Shown in pieces: positions 59,962 to 64,000 of a DNA stretch of 64,000 nt; within the stretch, counting starts at the first letter, position 1; each line of letters opens with the position of its first letter. The DNA is from Acidimicrobiia bacterium (GTDB lineage: Bacteria > Actinomycetota > Acidimicrobiia > IMCC26256 > PALSA-555), in NCBI GenBank assembly GCA_035948415.1, contig DASZJD010000036.1, positions 1,034 to 65,033 of the forward strand, in the 5' to 3' direction. A program made the position numbers and the translations under genes. The notes below the pieces were generated by a model. It saw only the letters and a program-made list of their open reading frames with translations, searched no databases and was not told the origin of the DNA.

Positions 59962-61799
59962 CAGGGCCCGGCCGGCGGCCGGAGCCCGAACGCCCGCTGC
60001 GCCGCCCAGCGGATGGCGCGCGTGACCGGGCCGCGGCGCCCCGTTGGCGGGAAGGCGGCCGCATCCATGGCCGGCACGAACAGGTCGCCGTCGCGGCTCA
60101 AGTAGACGTAGACGGGGTACGACATCGTGCCGAGCGCCCGGAGCACTGGGGACGCGTGCGCGCCGCGAAGCTCCGTCTCGAGGGCCGGGCGGGTGCCGTC
60201 GACCGGCACCGTGAGCGGTCCGATCCCGAACCAGTGGTGGGCCCGGCGAACGATCGGCGCTCGATGGGGATCCGCGACCCCAAGATCGGCGAGGACGACC
60301 TCATCCACCGCCAGCGCGTCCGCGCCCGCGTAGACGTGTCGGATGTCGGCGGGGCGGCGACAGCCCATGACGCCGAAGGGGCCGCCGGCGACCGGGGCCC
60401 AGGCGTCGACGATCGCAAAGTCTGGCGGGGCGACATCGAGAAGCATCATCGTCGCGGAGCGGAAGTCCACGAGGCGCTTGGCGTAGAACGTGGCGTCGAT
60501 GGCGCCGGTGCTGCCCTCGAGCGTGGACAAGCACAGATGGGCGAACTCGGTGGGGTCCGTTCGCAGCTTCGGCATCACGATTCGCAGGTCGGCGTCGACC
60601 CAGGTTCCCGTAATGGCGCGCTGCACGAAGCCGCGCTCGAACACGAACGGTCGGAGATCGGCCCCGATGTCGACAATGCGGTAGTGCGGCGAATCGAACC
60701 CGAAGTAACTGGCGACCTCGGCCACGCTGCGGTGGGCGAAGGAGTTGCCATAGACCGTCGGGGCTTCGAGAACAGCCACGTCAGCGACGCCCTGGCGCTC
60801 CAGGTAACGGGCAAGCGCCTCGACGAGCGCCGGGTCGTTCACGTTGGAGCAGTCCCGCCGGTCGTATCCGAGCATGAAGGAGACTCGGATGGCCGCTGAC
60901 CGGGCGCCCGACGCGATCGCGCTCAGACCGGCAGCGTCGAGGCAAGCGTCGAGAACGCTCACCTTGTCGGCGTCGCGCTGCCCGCTACGGACTGCGACGC
61001 GCGCTCCGGTTCCGAACGAGCGAGCGCGAGTGCCCTGGGAGGATCGAACACGGAGCGCGGCGGGTACGAACCACGGGCTGATGGCGGCCAAGGCGTCGAG
61101 GACAGCGGCGGTTGATGTCGAGCCGCTGGCACCGTCGTCGACCGTCAGCAGACCGGCGAGGATCCGGAACGCTGCGCCATGACGCTCCTCGTCGGCGCGA
61201 ATCCGGGCCAAGGTGTCGTGCTCGTCATCGTCAGCTGCCAGCTCGATCAAGCGCCGATAGGCGAGCTCGGCCGTTGCCTCAAGAGCGACGTTCAGCTCGC
61301 AGTATCGGTGGAAGCTCTGGTACCGGAGCTCCTGGCGCAGGACCGGGGGCACCAGGCCGAGGACGCCTGCGGCGGCGACGAAGACGTCGGCGGCGCCAGT
61401 CCGGATCGGGGCCGATCGGGCCCGCGTGTGGTGCTCGGTGGCGGAGACCCAGCCGGACACGGCGCCTTCGAGCTGGCGCCCGTAGACGACCAGCGAGGAT
61501 GCCGTGCCACCGCGCCGCAGGAGCATGCCCCGCAAGTACTCGGCGTGGAGTGCCTCGTCCTTCCAGATCCAGACCAGTGTCTGGCGAACCAGCGACCGGA
61601 GTTCCTCGCACAGGTCGAGCGCGCCGACGCGGTCGGCAACAGCCTCCTCCCGGTATGCGACGGCGACGATCTGCTCGCGCTCCAGCGCCAGGAGCCAGAG
61701 GCGCTCCCGCTCGAGGTCGGGCCGAGCGCCGTACTCGGCTCGCCAACGGTCCAGCCGCGCGCCGACATCGTCCAAGAGCGCCGTCTCGAGCTGGGTCAC
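59961..61799 (-). CDS. fusion protein: N-terminal ferritin-like di-iron domain + C-terminal DUF362 domain
   Basis: The N-terminal ~230 aa carry two ExxH motifs (KDEALHAEYL and ADEERHGAAF). The C-terminal ~330 aa are DUF362-like (AIRVSFMLGYDRRD ... IVMPKLRTD ... DAWAPVAGGPFG). Confidence 0.55.
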   Translation of the reverse strand: MTQLETALLDDVGARLDRWRAEYGARPDLERERLWLLALEREQIVAVAYREEAVADRVGALDLCEELRSLVRQTLVWIWKDEALHAEYLRGMLLRRGGTASSLVVYGRQLEGAVSGWVSATEHHTRARSAPIRTGAADVFVAAAGVLGLVPPVLRQELRYQSFHRYCELNVALEATAELAYRRLIELAADDDEHDTLARIRADEERHGAAFRILAGLLTVDDGASGSTSTAAVLDALAAISPWFVPAALRVRSSQGTRARSFGTGARVAVRSGQRDADKVSVLDACLDAAGLSAIASGARSAAIRVSFMLGYDRRDCSNVNDPALVEALARYLERQGVADVAVLEAPTVYGNSFAHRSVAEVASYFGFDSPHYRIVDIGADLRPFVFERGFVQRAITGTWVDADLRIVMPKLRTDPTEFAHLCLSTLEGSTGAIDATFYAKRLVDFRSATMMLLDVAPPDFAIVDAWAPVAGGPFGVMGCRRPADIRHVYAGADALAVDEVVLADLGVADPHRAPIVRRAHHWFGIGPLTVPVDGTRPALETELRGAHASPVLRALGTMSYPVYVYLSRDGDLFVPAMDAAAFPPTGRRGPVTRAIRWAAQRAFGLRPPAGP

Positions 61800-62137
61800 C
61801 GGACGATCCTTCTATCACTCAGATCGTCAACGTGAGGGCGCGTGTGACCACCCTGATTGAGGCCCAACGGTCGATGCAGAGCTAGGCGGTGGACGCCGTT
61901 CGTCGTTCGCCGGCTTGTTGGTGAGTGTCGCCACTTCACTCCAACCCCGAGGCCTCGCCACGGCGCCGGCGTCCGCCGAAGCGGCGATCTCGGGGACTTC
62001 CCTGAGCGTCGTCGATCGGCGCCTCATCGGTCGGATGACGTAATCCTCGATGCCTGCCGGCTCGTCGCGGAGTCAGGCATCCTGGTCGAATCAACCGGAC
62101 CGATCGTCTCTACGCCCTGGTCGAAGCGCTGCGAGCC

Positions 62138-62797
62138 GTGGCGCCGCGTGCGCGTACCGCGCATCAGCTCGCTGCGCACTTCGAGGTGAGCGTCCGAACG
62201 ATCGAGCGCGACATCTCCGCGCTACAAGAGTCGGGGGTACCGATCTGGGCGACCCCGGGGCCCGGCGGAGGCTACGCGGTCGATCCGGCCATGACGCTTC
62301 CGCCCTTGAACCTCAGCGCACAGGAAGCCACGGCAATCGCGGTCGCGCTGGCGACGAGCGGGCCAATTCCCTTCGCCGACGCCGCGCGCACGGCGCTCCG
62401 CAAGCTGGTGATCGCCATGTCGGCCGCCAGCCGAGAGGACGCCCGGGAACTAGTAGGACGGATCCGGCTCCTGCAGCAGCGGGGCCAGCTCGAGTCGACC
62501 CCGGTCGTCCGGGCAGTCGAGAGCGCGGTTGCCGAGCGGCGGGTGCTCGAACTCGACTACGTCGACCGCACGGGCCAACGCACCGAACGGCGGCTCGTGG
62601 AGCCCTACGGCCTGGCCGGGGCGGAGCACCATTGGTACCTGATGGCGTGGTGCCGGTTGCGGAACGGCGGACGCACGTTCCGGCTCGATCGAATCCGGGC
62701 GGCGCTGCTCACGAGCGAAGCGGCTCCGCCGCGCGACCTCGGCGAGGTCGCCGGTGACATCGCCCAGCACCTCCGGGAGACCGGCTTCGAGGTCTGA
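62138..62797 (+). CDS. WYL domain transcriptional regulator (YafY-like)
   Basis: The HTH is HQLAAHFEVSVRTIERDISALQESGVPI and the WYL motif is HWYLMAWCRLRNGGRTFRLDRI. GTG 62138 truncates the family N-terminal helix, which is encoded in frame upstream without a canonical start. Confidence 0.8.
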   Translation: MAPRARTAHQLAAHFEVSVRTIERDISALQESGVPIWATPGPGGGYAVDPAMTLPPLNLSAQEATAIAVALATSGPIPFADAARTALRKLVIAMSAASREDARELVGRIRLLQQRGQLESTPVVRAVESAVAERRVLELDYVDRTGQRTERRLVEPYGLAGAEHHWYLMAWCRLRNGGRTFRLDRIRAALLTSEAAPPRDLGEVAGDIAQHLRETGFEV

Positions 62798-62888
62798 GAC
62801 TTCGGTCACAGCGAATTCCCGACAGGAGGTTGTCGCCGACGGCCCGCATCCTCGGTGGACACAGTCCAACTACAGAGGAGGAAGTCGC

Positions 62889-63242
62889 ATGGGTGCGCCC
62901 GTAGTGTGGTTCGAGGTCGCCGGGCGCGACCTCCAGGCCCTGACCCGGTTCTACGGTGAGCTGTTCGGCTGGAAGGTCGACGCCGCCAACCCGATGCGGT
63001 ACGGCATGGTCGACACCGGGGCCGAGGGGGGGATCCCGGGCGGGATCTTCGCCCCTGGCGAGGACGTCGAGTACGTGTCGGTCTACGTCTCGGTGCCCGA
63101 CTTGGCAGCCTCGCTCACGCACGCCGAGACCCTCGGTGCCAAGGTGGCTCAGCCGCCCACACCGATCGACGGTGGAGCGACGATCGCCATGGTCACCGAC
63201 CCCGAAGGCCACCGCATCGGGCTGATCCAGCAGCCGGCCTGA
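62889..63242 (+). CDS. VOC (glyoxalase/bleomycin resistance) family protein
   Basis: ATG 62889 follows GGAGGA. Motifs are VVWFEVAGRDLQALTRFYGELFGW and MVTDPEGHRIGL. Confidence 0.75.
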   Translation: MGAPVVWFEVAGRDLQALTRFYGELFGWKVDAANPMRYGMVDTGAEGGIPGGIFAPGEDVEYVSVYVSVPDLAASLTHAETLGAKVAQPPTPIDGGATIAMVTDPEGHRIGLIQQPA

Positions 63243-63402
63243 TCGCGGCGCATGCGGGCCGGGCCCTCAGCGGGTCCGGCCCATCGCGCCGGTAGCTCAG
63301 CGGCCTTGACCACTGGGACGGCGCTCCTCCCGCGCGGTGCTGCGGCTGGGACCTCGTCAGGCCCCTGGCCGGCGGCGGCTCTGGGTCGCGATCGCGCGCT
63401 GT

Positions 63403-64000
63403 CTACGAGGCCCGGTACTCGACGCTGTGGACGTCGATGGTGATGTAGTCGACGGTCCCGTCCGCGGTCCCGTCCTCGGACCGCCTGCGGACGCGGCGAC
63501 GGGTCGGCACGACGATCTCGTCGAAGGTCTTCGGCTCGTCCGTGTAGTGCGCGACCAGGAAATCGCCGCTGACGGCGGGCTGGTAATCCATCCGTCGCTG
63601 CATGCCATTCGAGTCGAAGTAGAAGAGCCCGACGGTGCTGTGAGTCGCGACGCTGTCCGGGAACGTGGCCTGCAGCCGCCGCCACACCTCACCGTTCTCC
63701 TCCCAGGGCGGGATCTCGTGGACTTCGAAACCGGCATAGGTGAGCAGGAACGGCTCGGTGAGATAGTTCCAGATGGCGTAGCTGATGAAGTACCCGGTTT
63801 GGGAGAGATCCCACTTCGAGGTCTGGTCGTACCCCGCGAACGACGTGCGGGGGTCGGTGCGCTCTTCGACGACTGTTCCCTCGAGATCCCTCACCACGAC
63901 GCGTTCTGGGTCGCTGCTGAACTCGAGGGTCCAGTCAGCGCCACCGAACGGCGTGAAGCCGATGTGCTCGCGGCGGGTGTCGAGTTCGACGGTTTCATGT
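63403..64000 (-). CDS. hypothetical protein (5' end probably beyond the window)
   Basis: The frame stays open from stop 63403 to base 64000; the track starts it at GTG 63897. No motif was recognised. Confidence 0.45.
   Translation of the reverse strand, partial: HETVELDTRREHIGFTPFGGADWTLEFSSDPERVVVRDLEGTVVEERTDPRTSFAGYDQTSKWDLSQTGYFISYAIWNYLTEPFLLTYAGFEVHEIPPWEENGEVWRRLQATFPDSVATHSTVGLFYFDSNGMQRRMDYQPAVSGDFLVAHYTDEPKTFDEIVVPTRRRVRRRSEDGTADGTVDYITIDVHSVEYRAS

Overview
This is a very GC-rich actinobacterial chromosomal segment; third codon positions are almost all G/C, so the six-frame track is full of long spurious antisense ORFs. Most of the window is conserved housekeeping sequence. The order carD-ispD-ispF-cysS-rlmB-tRNA(Thr), and clpC ... 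lysS-coaX-(nadC-nadB)-panD-panC-DUF2520-folK-folB-folP-folE-ftsH-hpt-tilS-DUF2342 ... rshA-sigH, matches the arrangement known from mycobacteria. Many neighbouring genes in this block have 1-nt or 4-nt start/stop overlaps. The left end carries a trehalose locus (glycerate kinase, TreT-like GT4, otsA, otsB) and an ECF sigma/anti-sigma pair divergent from a split DipZ-like thioredoxin/CcdA pair. The right third is accessory-looking, with hydrolases, a second TreT-like GT4, an NfeD/stomatin pair, a GH4 glycosidase, a methyltransferase coupled to a ferritin-like/DUF362 fusion, and a WYL regulator. The standout is 8.5-15.3 kb, directly next to the 3' end of tRNA-Thr. Eight tandem small ORFs, each with its own Shine-Dalgarno sequence, encode 14 copies of a ~35-40 aa repeat (Y-E-x-P-x-V-x3-T-x-V-x-[ED]-P-L-N-x4-S-x5-8-W-R). 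They are co-directional with two FIH-like JmjC/cupin hydroxylase paralogs. A PF14907-type nucleotidyltransferase, an HPr-kinase-like P-loop kinase and a PqqD-like (RRE) protein flank them. I saw no lasso cyclase, leader protease or exporter. I interpret this as a candidate undescribed multi-core RiPP-like or peptide-modification system. All functional calls come from reading motifs by eye; no database search was possible.
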